64,000 nucleotides of DNA from the NCBI GenBank assembly GCA_963767925.1, contig CAVYGB010000008.1, positions 2,048,001-2,112,000 of the forward strand, read 5' to 3'. Each line of letters opens with the position of its first letter. Within the stretch, counting starts at the first letter, position 1. Below are positions 20,670 through 30,023 of this stretch, piece after piece. A program made the translations under genes and the position numbers. Under the pieces are notes generated by a model that did no database searches, was not told where the DNA came from, and saw only the letters and a list, made by a program, of their open reading frames with translations. The DNA is from an uncultured delta proteobacterium. GTDB taxonomy: Bacteria; Myxococcota_A; Polyangia; Fen-1088.

Positions 20670-20725
20670 TTTTGGTTTCCTTGGGAACCGGCGGGGCCCC
20701 AGTGACGGGGCCCCTCCAGCTCCTG

Positions 20726-21934
20726 TTAGCCCATCGTGATCCGGCCGTTGTGGCCAGGCATGTGGCAGGACAGGACGTAGCTGGACTTCCAGCGACCAAC
20801 CACACCGTCCAGAGCCTCCGCATCGATGAACTTCCCGCCACGGACCGGGTTGCGGATCAGCTCACCCAGGGTGTGAAGCTCCCAGGTGTTCTTGGTCAGC
20901 GCGAACCAGGTGTCGTCCGGGCACTTGGTCGCCGCAACCACCAGGATATCCCCCTGGGGCCCGAGCAGTTTGACGCCACGGAAGTTCAGCTTCAGCTCGC
21001 TGGACGCCATGCCATCCCACTGGGCGTTGTTGTTCATCTCGGTCACCAGGGAGGCAACCCGAGAGGTCGACCCGAACACGACCTCCGGCCGTCCGCCGAA
21101 GTTCTTGCCGTACGCGAGGCCCTTGATGATGGCCTCACGGTTGCTCATCCCTGCCGAAGCGGGGTACTTCCAGCCCGAGGCGCGCTCACCGTACGGGTAG
21201 CGGTCGAAGCTCCCCACGCCGAACGCATCACCCGAAGAGGCGACGTCGGTCAGCCAGGCCCGGATTCCGACCGGACCCGCCGCATTCTCGAAGCCCTTCT
21301 GGAAGATGTAGTCCCCAGCGGCCTCACCGGTCACGTCACCCATGTCGTCAAAGGTCACGGTGCCGGCGCTGTACTGGATCGAGGCGACAACCGCCTCACC
21401 GGAACGGAGCGATGCACCCGTAGCGGTGTCATCAAACACGCAGGTCATTCCGACCTCGAAATTGAAGCAGTCCGAGGGATTGGTCAGCGTGAGGACGTGG
21501 GTGCTGATGCCGCCGGTCGCGATCCGACCAATGGCCCCCGAACCGTTGCCCCAAAGACAGGTTTCGAGCTTGTCCCCGTGGTTGCGGAGAGTCGACTCGT
21601 ACATCAGCTTGAGCGACTGAACGATCGCGTTCTTCTCGGACTGCTCGATCGCGTCGTTTTCGAGGGAGAACGACGTGTAGAACTTCTTCCAGTTCTGGAC
21701 GATGTCCGTTGCGGCGGGGTCAAGCTCCGCTGCAATAGCGGCGGTCAGGGTCGGCGCCTGGCCTCCCGCCTCACGGAGGAGGAGACGGGTCGTGACGTTC
21801 TTTCCACCGCTGGGGACCTTCGGGAGGAAGGCGGTCAGCGGGGCGTCTTTGAGGGCGAGGGACTTGATTGTCCCGGGCGTGTACGCAACTTCGGTAAAGG
21901 CTGCCAGGTCGGCAGCGGTCGTGGTGAGAGCCAT
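20726..21934 (-). CDS. Major capsid protein (HK97 fold expected)
   Basis: 402 aa after the scaffold gene; LWGNGSG motif; C-terminal CHMPGHNGRI. Confidence 0.8.
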   Translation of the reverse strand: MALTTTAADLAAFTEVAYTPGTIKSLALKDAPLTAFLPKVPSGGKNVTTRLLLREAGGQAPTLTAAIAAELDPAATDIVQNWKKFYTSFSLENDAIEQSEKNAIVQSLKLMYESTLRNHGDKLETCLWGNGSGAIGRIATGGISTHVLTLTNPSDCFNFEVGMTCVFDDTATGASLRSGEAVVASIQYSAGTVTFDDMGDVTGEAAGDYIFQKGFENAAGPVGIRAWLTDVASSGDAFGVGSFDRYPYGERASGWKYPASAGMSNREAIIKGLAYGKNFGGRPEVVFGSTSRVASLVTEMNNNAQWDGMASSELKLNFRGVKLLGPQGDILVVAATKCPDDTWFALTKNTWELHTLGELIRNPVRGGKFIDAEALDGVVGRWKSSYVLSCHMPGHNGRITMG

Positions 21935-21966
21935 TTGGCTGGTCCTTCAGGGAGAGCGGTGGGCAG

Positions 21967-22935
21967 TCAGCCGCCGAACATCCGCGCAGCGATGGCGCGA
22001 ATCTCGTCGTCCGTGTGGACGCGGTTTGGGTCGGCGGGCGGGCTCGCATGGCCCGCGTGCTCGTTGCTCAATCCCCGAAAGCTCTGGGGTGCCGGCTTTC
22101 CACCGGCTGGCGCCTGTTGGCGCTGATATCCGAGCTTCTTGGCCCGGCGTTCGGTCTCGTCAGAAATGATTTGGTTGACCTTGGCGGCGGCGTCCCGATA
22201 CAGGCCCAACATGCCGGCCTGGTCATTGGGGGCTCGGCCAGTCTTGTTGAGATGGGTCCACCGGGACTCGACGACGGAATAGATGGCGTCCGCCGCCTCC
22301 TCCCCGTCAGCCTCAGCCGCGGGGAAGTCCTTCGCGTTGTCCTGCAGGAACTTCAGGGTCGCGGCGACGTTGGAAGCCCGCGCCTCACTAACTTCCCGGG
22401 CCTGGCGGGCCTGCTCGGCCTCCTGGCGCGCGGTCTCTGCGGCTTCGTCCCGCTCCCGGATCTGGCGCTCAAGGGCAGCGACCTTGTCCTCAACGGACAG
22501 CGTGGGACTCCCGCCTGCTCTACGCGTGGCGATCGCATCCGTGACCTTGTCGGGATCCAGCTCAACGGCGTCCGCGATCTGGCCGATGAACTCCAAGGGA
22601 TCGTCCTTGGCCAGCGCCAGCATGTCAATGAACGGCTGGTACTTGTCGACGGTCGCCTTGAACTCGTCGCGCTCTCGTTCCGCGGTGAGAGCACGGGACT
22701 CGGCGGCCCGCTTGCCCCGAGACAACTCCACCACCCGGCCCTCCTTGGCGTCGGGCTCCGTCTTGGCCGGGATAGGAGTGGTCTGCCCCTCCGCGGGGTT
22801 GTCGGTCGTGGTCGGGGCGGTGTCCCCCGAGACTTCCTGGACGGTATCGGTCTCGGTGGACGCAGAGCCGGCGCTGTCCCCAGTGGGGTCGGCAGAGGCT
22901 ACGGAGGCAGCGGAGGCATCAAGCTCAAGAGCCAT
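21967..22935 (-). CDS. Scaffolding protein
   Basis: Acidic disordered N-terminus, coiled coils, C-terminal DDEIRAIAARM helix; between portal and capsid. Confidence 0.7.
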   Translation of the reverse strand: MALELDASAASVASADPTGDSAGSASTETDTVQEVSGDTAPTTTDNPAEGQTTPIPAKTEPDAKEGRVVELSRGKRAAESRALTAERERDEFKATVDKYQPFIDMLALAKDDPLEFIGQIADAVELDPDKVTDAIATRRAGGSPTLSVEDKVAALERQIRERDEAAETARQEAEQARQAREVSEARASNVAATLKFLQDNAKDFPAAEADGEEAADAIYSVVESRWTHLNKTGRAPNDQAGMLGLYRDAAAKVNQIISDETERRAKKLGYQRQQAPAGGKPAPQSFRGLSNEHAGHASPPADPNRVHTDDEIRAIAARMFGG

Positions 22936-22943
22936 CTACCCAC

Positions 22944-22957
22944 CGGGATTCCCGCCG
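22944..22957 (-). promoter_or_regulatory. Phage motif, copy 2 (25-bp identity with copy 3)
   Basis: CATCTACCCACCGGGATTCCCGCCG at 22933-22957. Confidence 0.7.
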
Positions 22958-22971
22958 CACTTGGCGGGGGA

Positions 22972-24846
22972 TCAGCCCGGTAGGGGTGACAACTCGGGTG
23001 GGACGGCGGGCGTTGTAGGGCTGGAGGGGGCAGCCTGCTGGGGCTGGAAGGTGGTCCCGCCGGCAACAACCTCCGTTGGCGCGAGCTGGGCGGGCGGTGG
23101 TGATTTGAGCTGCGACAACAGGGCGTCCGCCTCGGACACCCATTTCAGGAGGGCGTCCGTCTTGGTCTCGTCAACGCCTTGGCGCTTCGCCTGGAAGTAC
23201 GCCTTCAGGAACAGTTGGGCTGGCATCTGGCCACCCACCTGAATGAGGGCGGTCTCCGGTGACTGGTACCCGGACTCCCCGTCCTGGAGGATGTCGTCAA
23301 TCTGCTGGAGTACTTCCTCCCTGAGGGAGTACAGCAGTGAGGCTTCGGACGACACGTCCGGGAGGTCCAGGGCCATGGCCCCGTCCGCTGGGGACATCAT
23401 GCCGGCCTCGACGTACTTCTGAATCGTCTGGCGCTTCCCGGCCGGGGACTGGGGAAAGGCGGCAACCGGGGCGGGGGGCTGGACCGTCCAGGGCGCGGTG
23501 GTGATCAGGGTGGCGATCCGCTTGAAGTCGACCTGCTGGAGATCCCGATCCCCTGGAGTCCGCCCCTGGACCTTCCAATCCGTCACCTCTGGCCCCAGTT
23601 GGAGGCAGATCTCCCCGAGGCGAACATGGGCCGCCTCGAATTCCTGGCCCACGGTGACCAGCCGGCCGTGTTCCCGATCGCGAAGCTGCTCCATAGCGGC
23701 GCCGCTGATGGTGCCCGGCTTCTCACCAGTTACGCCCCAGTCAGACAGCCCGACATCTGCCAGTCCCTGATTCCAGATCGTCTGGCGCTCATTCAGGAGA
23801 GCGGTGGGGACCGGATCGAACTTCTCAAGCTTCGGTGCCTGTCCCGGGGTGTGGTCTACGATGCTCAGGTGCTCGTTGGCCAGCGCGGCGGGGTTAACCT
23901 GGCTCCCGATAGGATTGAGCCACTTCGGGGAGGCGCCCAGGCGGATGATCTCTTCGATGGAGTCGTTGAGAGACCAGAGCTGGCACTGGTAGCCGTACAG
24001 CATGGACGCCCATCCCCGACCCCAGTAACCGGCCAGGGGCTTCTCGACGTACAGCGGGGCCCATGGGAGGAAGTCATAGGCCCACTTCTCATAGGCCAGG
24101 GTGCAGCCCGGGACCGCGACAACATGGGCGCCATTGCGGGACCAGCCCTCATAGAGCGCCACCATGTCCGGGCGGTATGTCCCCTGGAAGGCCGGGCAGT
24201 CGTCCTCCAGCTTGTCCAGGATCGTTCTCTTCTCTGGCGTGTCCCCGTAGAGGGAGATGGCGACGTGCTTGTCCAGGTAGCGCTTGATGAACCCCTGGTG
24301 AGGCCGGCCATATATGGACTGGGCGTCCGCGACAATCACCTCATCCGGGAGGACGCGGTCGATCGTCAGACGCTTGACCCCGTTCTTAGCCTCAACCCTG
24401 ACAACCGCCATCCCCAGGTTGCAGACCGCAGCGTCGATGAACAGAGACGGCATCAGCTCGGTCGAGACCTTGTTGGCGGAGAACACCCCCGCCAGCCAGC
24501 GTGAAGCTTCCTTCGCGTCACGTCGGAGCTTGGTATCAGCCCCGGCCGTCTCAACGAGCAGCCGGACGTGGTTCCGGGTGATCATGCTGGCGCCCGTGCT
24601 GACAACCGCGGAGATGAGGGCCCACGGGGCGATCGATCGGTCTTCGGCTGGACTCGCCAGGTCGTACAGTGAGCCCAACACCCGATTGGCGTACGCCATC
24701 GCCAGGCGGAGGTTCTCAGCACGACGTCCGGACTGAGCGTCCTCGATGGCCTTGGCGGTCTGGACCATTGCGGGTCCGACTTCATCCGGAGGGAGGTCGG
24801 ACCACAGCTCCTGGTGGGGTCGGCCGCTGTCGAGTTCCAGCGGCAT
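22972..24846 (-). CDS. Portal protein
   Basis: ~624 aa between terminase and scaffold; RVLPDEV, YWGRG and ISGAAM motifs. Confidence 0.8.
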   Translation of the reverse strand: MPLELDSGRPHQELWSDLPPDEVGPAMVQTAKAIEDAQSGRRAENLRLAMAYANRVLGSLYDLASPAEDRSIAPWALISAVVSTGASMITRNHVRLLVETAGADTKLRRDAKEASRWLAGVFSANKVSTELMPSLFIDAAVCNLGMAVVRVEAKNGVKRLTIDRVLPDEVIVADAQSIYGRPHQGFIKRYLDKHVAISLYGDTPEKRTILDKLEDDCPAFQGTYRPDMVALYEGWSRNGAHVVAVPGCTLAYEKWAYDFLPWAPLYVEKPLAGYWGRGWASMLYGYQCQLWSLNDSIEEIIRLGASPKWLNPIGSQVNPAALANEHLSIVDHTPGQAPKLEKFDPVPTALLNERQTIWNQGLADVGLSDWGVTGEKPGTISGAAMEQLRDREHGRLVTVGQEFEAAHVRLGEICLQLGPEVTDWKVQGRTPGDRDLQQVDFKRIATLITTAPWTVQPPAPVAAFPQSPAGKRQTIQKYVEAGMMSPADGAMALDLPDVSSEASLLYSLREEVLQQIDDILQDGESGYQSPETALIQVGGQMPAQLFLKAYFQAKRQGVDETKTDALLKWVSEADALLSQLKSPPPAQLAPTEVVAGGTTFQPQQAAPSSPTTPAVPPELSPLPG

Positions 24847-25106
24847 CAGTTCCGCCCCCGCTTCCCGAAGCGAGCCAGGAGCCACTCAGTGGATCCGACC
24901 TCCGCGCCACTGGGCGGGGGCCCCAGGGTGATCGGCGGAGGCGGCAAGTCCTCGCCAACCTCTGGGGATGGATGCTGATTCGACGGTGGGCCAGCGGTTG
25001 GCCCCAGGTCGAACTCAGTGCCGTCCGAGAGGCGGAGCCGGGTGATCCCGGCCTTGCGACAAGCGGCGGCCAGGCTGACCAACCGGCGGGTATCGAGGGT
25101 GGCCAT
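24846..25106 (-). CDS. Small phage protein between terminase and portal
   Basis: TGATG-coupled to the portal gene. Confidence 0.55.
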   Translation of the reverse strand: MATLDTRRLVSLAAACRKAGITRLRLSDGTEFDLGPTAGPPSNQHPSPEVGEDLPPPPITLGPPPSGAEVGSTEWLLARFGKRGRN

Positions 25107-25144
25107 TCAGACCAGCCCCACAGGGGTAGAGAACATCTACCCAC

Positions 25145-25158
25145 CGGGATTCCCGCCG
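25145..25158 (-). promoter_or_regulatory. Phage motif, copy 3
   Basis: 25134-25158 is identical to 22933-22957. Confidence 0.7.
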
Positions 25159-25168
25159 GATCACGGTG

Positions 25169-26677
25169 CTATCGGCGCAAGAACCGGGCAGGTTGGCGGT
25201 TGCGTGTCGCTGCCCGGGAGTACCACGGGCGGTGCTGGTCCTCCGTCGCCTCAAGGATGTCCCGCTCATCCTCTGCTGCCTCCCGCTCCTGGACGGTGGG
25301 CTTGCGGGGTGGTGCCTTGATGGACTGGACCAGGGCGGACGACATCGGCCACAGGTACCGAAGGCACGGCTCGAGGTCGCTGTGGGGATTCTTGGCCATC
25401 TCCCTCTTGCCGCGGGCAAGCTTGACGGGGTCCCATCTGAGTCTGACCAGGTCCTTGGCGGTCTGGGACTCCGCCGGGATCATGAACGTGCCGGCGAGCA
25501 GGGCGGCGTTCAGGGCGTCGGTTGTCGCCAAGGCATGCGTCTTGTCGGCTGCCTGGAGCGGGACGTTGTACGGGGGAGCCCGAAGCCAGTCCGCAGACTG
25601 GGAGCCCAAGGCTCCTTCGTCGCACAGGTTGATTGTCGTCCTGTACTTGCTGATCCGGGCGTTGACCTCGGTGGCGAGCACGTCTTGCTTGGGACGCTTG
25701 CCGAACAGGTACTCCTCAATCAGCCAGACCTTTCCCGGGGTGGCGTCCGTGATCCCGAGGACCAGGATAGAGGAAGCGTCCCGGACGTGGCCTAGATCGA
25801 CCGCCAGCAGGTATGTCCAGCGGCCGGCGGGTAGGCCATGGAAGACCGCACCCCGCCCGTTGTCGTTCGCCGCCACGGTGGCCGAGATGTTGGAGGGGTG
25901 GTTGACGGTCTTGGACCACCGGTAGACCAGGCTGGAGTCCTCCCCCGGACCGAGGCGGTTGTTTCGGAGGTACTCCCGCTGGAAGGTGGGACTGTTCCAA
26001 CCGCCAAGCTCAGCGGCGCGAGCCTGGAGGAACGCCTCGACGTCCACGATGTGCGGGTTGTCGTAGAGCGTCCCGACGTGGATCGACCAACCCGGCATCT
26101 TGCCGGCCCGGATCTCCTCCCACATCCCGACCCCTTCGACTTCCGAGGGGGTGCCTCCCAGGACCAGGCGCCCGTTCCGGCCCCCGCGGACCAGGGCGGG
26201 CATGATCGCCTGCTGAACCGTCTCCTGGAGCCAGGGCAGAATGGAGGCCTCATCGACGACAACTAGGTCCTTGCCGCGACCACGCCAGCGACGTTGCGAC
26301 TCTGATAAATCCTTCGCACCCGTGACCCTGATTGCCGATCGGTTGGCGAACCGGATATGGTTCTTGGTGGCGATCCCCCCAAGGGCGAACTCCTGGTTCA
26401 GGCCGGTCAGGTCCTCCCAGATGAGTTCCTTGGCGTCAGTCTCACTCTTGGCGGCGTAGTCGATCTGAGAGCCGGGTCGGGTGACTGCCAGGTCCAGAAT
26501 CTCCACAGCGAAACCCCGGGTCTTGCCGGTCCGACGACCTGCATCCGCCACCCGTACCTCGGCCTGGTCCTGATAGAACGCCAGTTGCCAGGGGGACAGG
26601 AGGGCCTTGGGATCCCACGCTGCACGGGCGGTTGTCGCGCCATGGTCCAGCTCCTTGACCAGCCTACTTAGTGCCAA
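25169..26677 (-). CDS. terL: Terminase large subunit
   Basis: Walker A AGRRTGKT, Walker B VVVDEA, coupling motif GTP, nuclease AVDLG..D..HSDL. Confidence 0.92.
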   Translation of the reverse strand: MALSRLVKELDHGATTARAAWDPKALLSPWQLAFYQDQAEVRVADAGRRTGKTRGFAVEILDLAVTRPGSQIDYAAKSETDAKELIWEDLTGLNQEFALGGIATKNHIRFANRSAIRVTGAKDLSESQRRWRGRGKDLVVVDEASILPWLQETVQQAIMPALVRGGRNGRLVLGGTPSEVEGVGMWEEIRAGKMPGWSIHVGTLYDNPHIVDVEAFLQARAAELGGWNSPTFQREYLRNNRLGPGEDSSLVYRWSKTVNHPSNISATVAANDNGRGAVFHGLPAGRWTYLLAVDLGHVRDASSILVLGITDATPGKVWLIEEYLFGKRPKQDVLATEVNARISKYRTTINLCDEGALGSQSADWLRAPPYNVPLQAADKTHALATTDALNAALLAGTFMIPAESQTAKDLVRLRWDPVKLARGKREMAKNPHSDLEPCLRYLWPMSSALVQSIKAPPRKPTVQEREAAEDERDILEATEDQHRPWYSRAATRNRQPARFLRR

Positions 26678-26734
26678 TATGTAGACGGCAGGCAGGATCC
26701 GTAGCGTTTTGACGGTGGAGGTCGGCGCCCGGGT

Positions 26735-27502
26735 TCATGGCTTGGGCTTGCGGCGTTTGGGCTCGGACAGGGCGGCGGAGGCGCGCTTCTGGCGCCAGGA
26801 GTCGGCGTCGATGTCGATGACGTGACAGCGCTCGACGAAGCGGTCTACCAGCGCTCCGACGCAAGCGGCGCCAGGAAAGACGGTTCCCCATTCCTTGAAG
26901 GCCAGGTTCGTCGTGATCACGGTCGGCCGGACGAGGTGCCTGCGGCTGAGGATTGTGTAAAGCAGGTCAGCCGAGCGCGAGTCGCAGGGCAAGTAGCCAA
27001 GCTCGTCGAGGACGAGGACGGTGGGCTGGACGTAGCGCCGCAGGCGGCGGTCGAGGGCGGGCAGGGACTCCTGCTTGAGCAGGTCGGTGAGGGCCGAGGC
27101 CAAGGTGCAGAAGCGTACGCGGTGGCCGGCGTTGAGCGCCGCAAGCGCGAGGTTCTGGGCAAGCGTGGTTTTGCCGACGCCGCTCTGGCCACGGAGCAGG
27201 ACGTTCTCACCGGCTTCGACGAAGTCGAGGCCGAGCAGGTGCTCGTAGAGCGCCCGGTCGATGCTGCGGGGATGATTCCAGTCGAAGGTGTCGAGCGCGG
27301 AGAATGGACCGAGGGTGGCGGCGCGTGTGCGGCGGGCGAGATTGCGCGCGTCACGCTCGCGACGCTCGAGCTTGGCGAGACGCTCACAGACCTGGACCGG
27401 GGAAAGCTTGGCCTTGGTCGCCTCCTCGAGCATGGCCGTGATGCTGGCCGCTGGGCAGCGGAATCCGAGGTCGCGGAGAGCTTCAACGACGTCGAATGGC
27501 AT
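26735..27502 (-). CDS. istB: IS21 helper ATPase IstB
   Basis: GQSGVGKT, LVLDELGY, ITTN, DRF, SWR. Confidence 0.95.
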   Translation of the reverse strand: MPFDVVEALRDLGFRCPAASITAMLEEATKAKLSPVQVCERLAKLERRERDARNLARRTRAATLGPFSALDTFDWNHPRSIDRALYEHLLGLDFVEAGENVLLRGQSGVGKTTLAQNLALAALNAGHRVRFCTLASALTDLLKQESLPALDRRLRRYVQPTVLVLDELGYLPCDSRSADLLYTILSRRHLVRPTVITTNLAFKEWGTVFPGAACVGALVDRFVERCHVIDIDADSWRQKRASAALSEPKRRKPKP

Positions 27503-28961
27503 CGTAGCCCTCCAGGGCGTGGGGGATCACGTCTCGCTCTGGCACATGGGCTCCGAGCGCAACGGGGACGGGCACGGGGCGGGTGGCGGCCACACGCCGC
27601 AGCTCGCACAATTGCGAAATTGCGCCGACGTCCCAGGTGCCGCGGGCCAGGACGTCGGTCACGGCAGCGGCGAATAGGTCACGGCCGTACAGGTCCAGGA
27701 GGACGAGGGTTCGGGACGTCATGCTGCCGACGTTGCAGCCCATCTCCAGCCAACGGTCGAAGAGGCGGTCGATCGCGGGGACCGCGGCGCGCAGGCGGTC
27801 GCGGCCCCTGTGCTCGCGGGCGCCGCGCTTCTGCTCGAGAATGGCCTCACGATGTTCGGGCAGCTCGATGGTCTGGCGCCGGCCCCAGCAGCGAGCGTGC
27901 CGGGCGACAGTCGCGCCGAAGGGGTCGAGGACGCGGAGCCAGCGATCGTCTGCGGCGACGGTGAGCGTCTCGAGGACGTGGCGCGGGGGGACGGAGTAGG
28001 AGTTGACGTCGAAGCGGATGAAGGCGGTCTTGTCCACGCGCGCGGGTGTGACCAGGTCGGTCTCGGGCAGGGCCGGCGGAAGTGCGAGCAGCCGGTGCTT
28101 CTCCTCCTCGAAGCAATCGCGCACGGTGCGGTTGGGGATGGTGGGATGGGGCCGATCGAGGGCGATGCCAGCCATGAAATCGGCGAATTCGCGGTTGCCC
28201 TGCTCGATGCCCGTGATTTCGCGACCGGCGAGGAAGCGGTCACGGCTGAAACGGATCGCCCGCTCGACGCGACCTTTCTGGTTGGCCTTGCGGACCGCGC
28301 AGGCACGCGGTTGGACGTACATCTTGCCGGCGAAGTCGAGCAGCAGCGGGTGAAAGCGGACAGCCTCGCCGACCCGACCGAGTACGACGGTCTTGGGATT
28401 GTCGAAGAGCCACTGCCGGCAGTTGCCACCGAAGTGGATGGCTGCGCGAAGCATCGAGCGAAGCAGGGAGTAGACGGTGAGGTCGAAGACGAATTCGCCC
28501 CAGAGCGCGCGCGACCAGGAAAGGACCATGACGAAGAGCCAGAGCGTGCGGCGTCCACCACGGACATCGACATCCCCCACGTGCGCCCAGTCCACCTGGG
28601 CCTGCTCGCCGATGAGCGGGTCGGTGCGGAGGTACGCCTCTCGCGCTGGCCGGGGCCGCACACCGGCGACGAAGTCGCGCAGGGTGCGGACGCTGCCTTT
28701 GAAGCCCCGGGCGACGAGCATGTCGTGCAGGCGCGTCGAGCGCAGACGGGGGTACTTGGACAAGGTCTGCTCCACGAAGGACCGGAAGGGATCGACGATG
28801 CGCGGTCGTGGCGGGCCTGGTGCGCGCGGCTCGAGCAGGCCCAGCACGCGCTTGACCGCCTCTGGGTGCACGCCCAGCTGTGACGCCACCGTGCCGACCG
28901 GCCAATGCTCGGCGTAGTGGAGCCGGCGAATCTCGGCTTCACGCTCGGGGTCGAGTGTCAT
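27483..28961 (-). CDS. istA: IS21 transposase IstA
   Basis: N-terminal HTH, GEQAQVDW, FDNPKT, KGRVER, YSVP. Confidence 0.95.
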   Translation of the reverse strand: MTLDPEREAEIRRLHYAEHWPVGTVASQLGVHPEAVKRVLGLLEPRAPGPPRPRIVDPFRSFVEQTLSKYPRLRSTRLHDMLVARGFKGSVRTLRDFVAGVRPRPAREAYLRTDPLIGEQAQVDWAHVGDVDVRGGRRTLWLFVMVLSWSRALWGEFVFDLTVYSLLRSMLRAAIHFGGNCRQWLFDNPKTVVLGRVGEAVRFHPLLLDFAGKMYVQPRACAVRKANQKGRVERAIRFSRDRFLAGREITGIEQGNREFADFMAGIALDRPHPTIPNRTVRDCFEEEKHRLLALPPALPETDLVTPARVDKTAFIRFDVNSYSVPPRHVLETLTVAADDRWLRVLDPFGATVARHARCWGRRQTIELPEHREAILEQKRGAREHRGRDRLRAAVPAIDRLFDRWLEMGCNVGSMTSRTLVLLDLYGRDLFAAAVTDVLARGTWDVGAISQLCELRRVAATRPVPVPVALGAHVPERDVIPHALEGYDAIRRR

Positions 28962-29335
28962 CGAGCACCACCGTCGGCCAGGAGCGACAGTTGGCGCAGG
29001 TCAGTGAAATCGCACACGCCGCGCAGACGTCGCGGCCGGCGGCGCCCGGCCTTGTCGACCAGCCGCACGTCGAAGTACACGCTTCGGGTCGGCGTGCCGA
29101 GCTCGTCGACGAGGTCCAGGTAGTACGAGGCCTCCGCCTCGTCCGCAGACAGCACAACGGAGACCTGGGCGTCCAGCCACAGCGAGATCCCCTCGAGCAG
29201 GCTCTTGGCTGCCCTGCGCTGACGGAGCAGGTGCCCCGGCGGCAGGACCGCCCTCATCAGCTCGTCCTGGCCATCCAGCAAGAGCAGGCGCGTGCGGCTC
29301 ATGCTCGTCGACAGCATCACGGTGTATCGGCTCAT
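28958..29335 (-). CDS. IS21 accessory ORF2 (125 aa)
   Basis: AAGGAG RBS; ATGA overlap with istA. Confidence 0.7.
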   Translation of the reverse strand: MSRYTVMLSTSMSRTRLLLLDGQDELMRAVLPPGHLLRQRRAAKSLLEGISLWLDAQVSVVLSADEAEASYYLDLVDELGTPTRSVYFDVRLVDKAGRRRPRRLRGVCDFTDLRQLSLLADGGAR

Positions 29336-29672
29336 CGGACTCTCCTTGGCCGTCGCCCACGGATCCCGCCGGCATGGCGGAGGCCGGAGCACCCGGCGGC
29401 ACCAAGGGAGCCAGGAACGCAAATTTCTCGATACCCGTATCCGTCACGCGGCATCGCCGCCGAGCGCGCAGGTCCCGCATGCGGTCCCGGTGATCCTCGC
29501 GGCCTTCAGCCGAACATTGGTGCCGGGCATTCGCCGCTCGCCGGGCTCGCAGGTCGCCGTGTTTGCGGCAGTCCTCAGTGCAATACCGCTGCCCGCGGAA
29601 ACAGGGGACGCAAACCTTGAAGGTCCGCAGGCACCACGCGCATCGCAGGTCCAGGAACTCGAGCTCGTCCAT
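29001..29672 (-). CDS. IS21 accessory ORF1, Cys-rich Zn-finger-like and Arg-rich
   Basis: CAWC..CVPC..YCTEDC followed by a basic helix; distal CAVC. Confidence 0.6.
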   Translation of the reverse strand: MDELEFLDLRCAWCLRTFKVCVPCFRGQRYCTEDCRKHGDLRARRAANARHQCSAEGREDHRDRMRDLRARRRCRVTDTGIEKFAFLAPLVPPGAPASAMPAGSVGDGQGESDEPIHRDAVDEHEPHAPALAGWPGRADEGGPAAGAPAPSAQGSQEPARGDLAVAGRPGLRCAVCGRGGGLVLPGPRRRARHADPKRVLRRAAGRQGRAPPAATSARRVRFH

Positions 29673-30023
29673 CCGCTCGCGGCAGCGGAGGAACTGGACG
29701 GCGGGCGCGAGCTGGGCGATACTTCCCAGCGCGCGTCCATCCGCGCACGGGGGGCCGGGTGGTGAAGACCCGGTCCCCACCTCTTTCCGCCCCCGCCCCT
29801 GCGCGTGCGTCTACACCGCGGGCACCGTCTCCGCGACTTTCCTGCCGGTCCGACCTCGACCGTCAGATCGATCGGATTCAGGCCGCCGTCGACACCAATA
29901 CGTCCGTCCCATCCCCAAAACACCGCTGTTACTTAGGCAGCGGTAACCCGCAGTGCGGCAGTGGCCACTCCGCAACACACGGCTGTTAAGGGCTGGAGTT
30001 ATACTCATTGCGTTAGTAGGGCC

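Larger units (their letters stand above)
26680..29894 (-). mobile_element. IS21-family element with two accessory ORFs
   Basis: ~45-bp imperfect IRs (TGTAGACGGCAGGC...TGACGGTGGAGGTCGG vs TGTCGACGGCGGCC...TGACGGTCGAGGTCGG); 6-bp TSD CCAATA at 26674-26679 and 29895-29900. Confidence 0.93.

Noticed and set aside
20693..20714. GGGGCCCC-N6-GGGGCCCC as a novel repeat
   Set aside because: Ordinary post-capsid hairpin; single occurrence
29808..29815. CGTCTACA as the right end of the IS21 element
   Set aside because: The longer IR and the CCAATA TSD put the end at 29894; this is probably an internal repeat
29811..30008. 65-aa ORF MSITPAL...
   Set aside because: Spans the IS boundary; in the restored empty site it is ~39 aa and out of frame with terL
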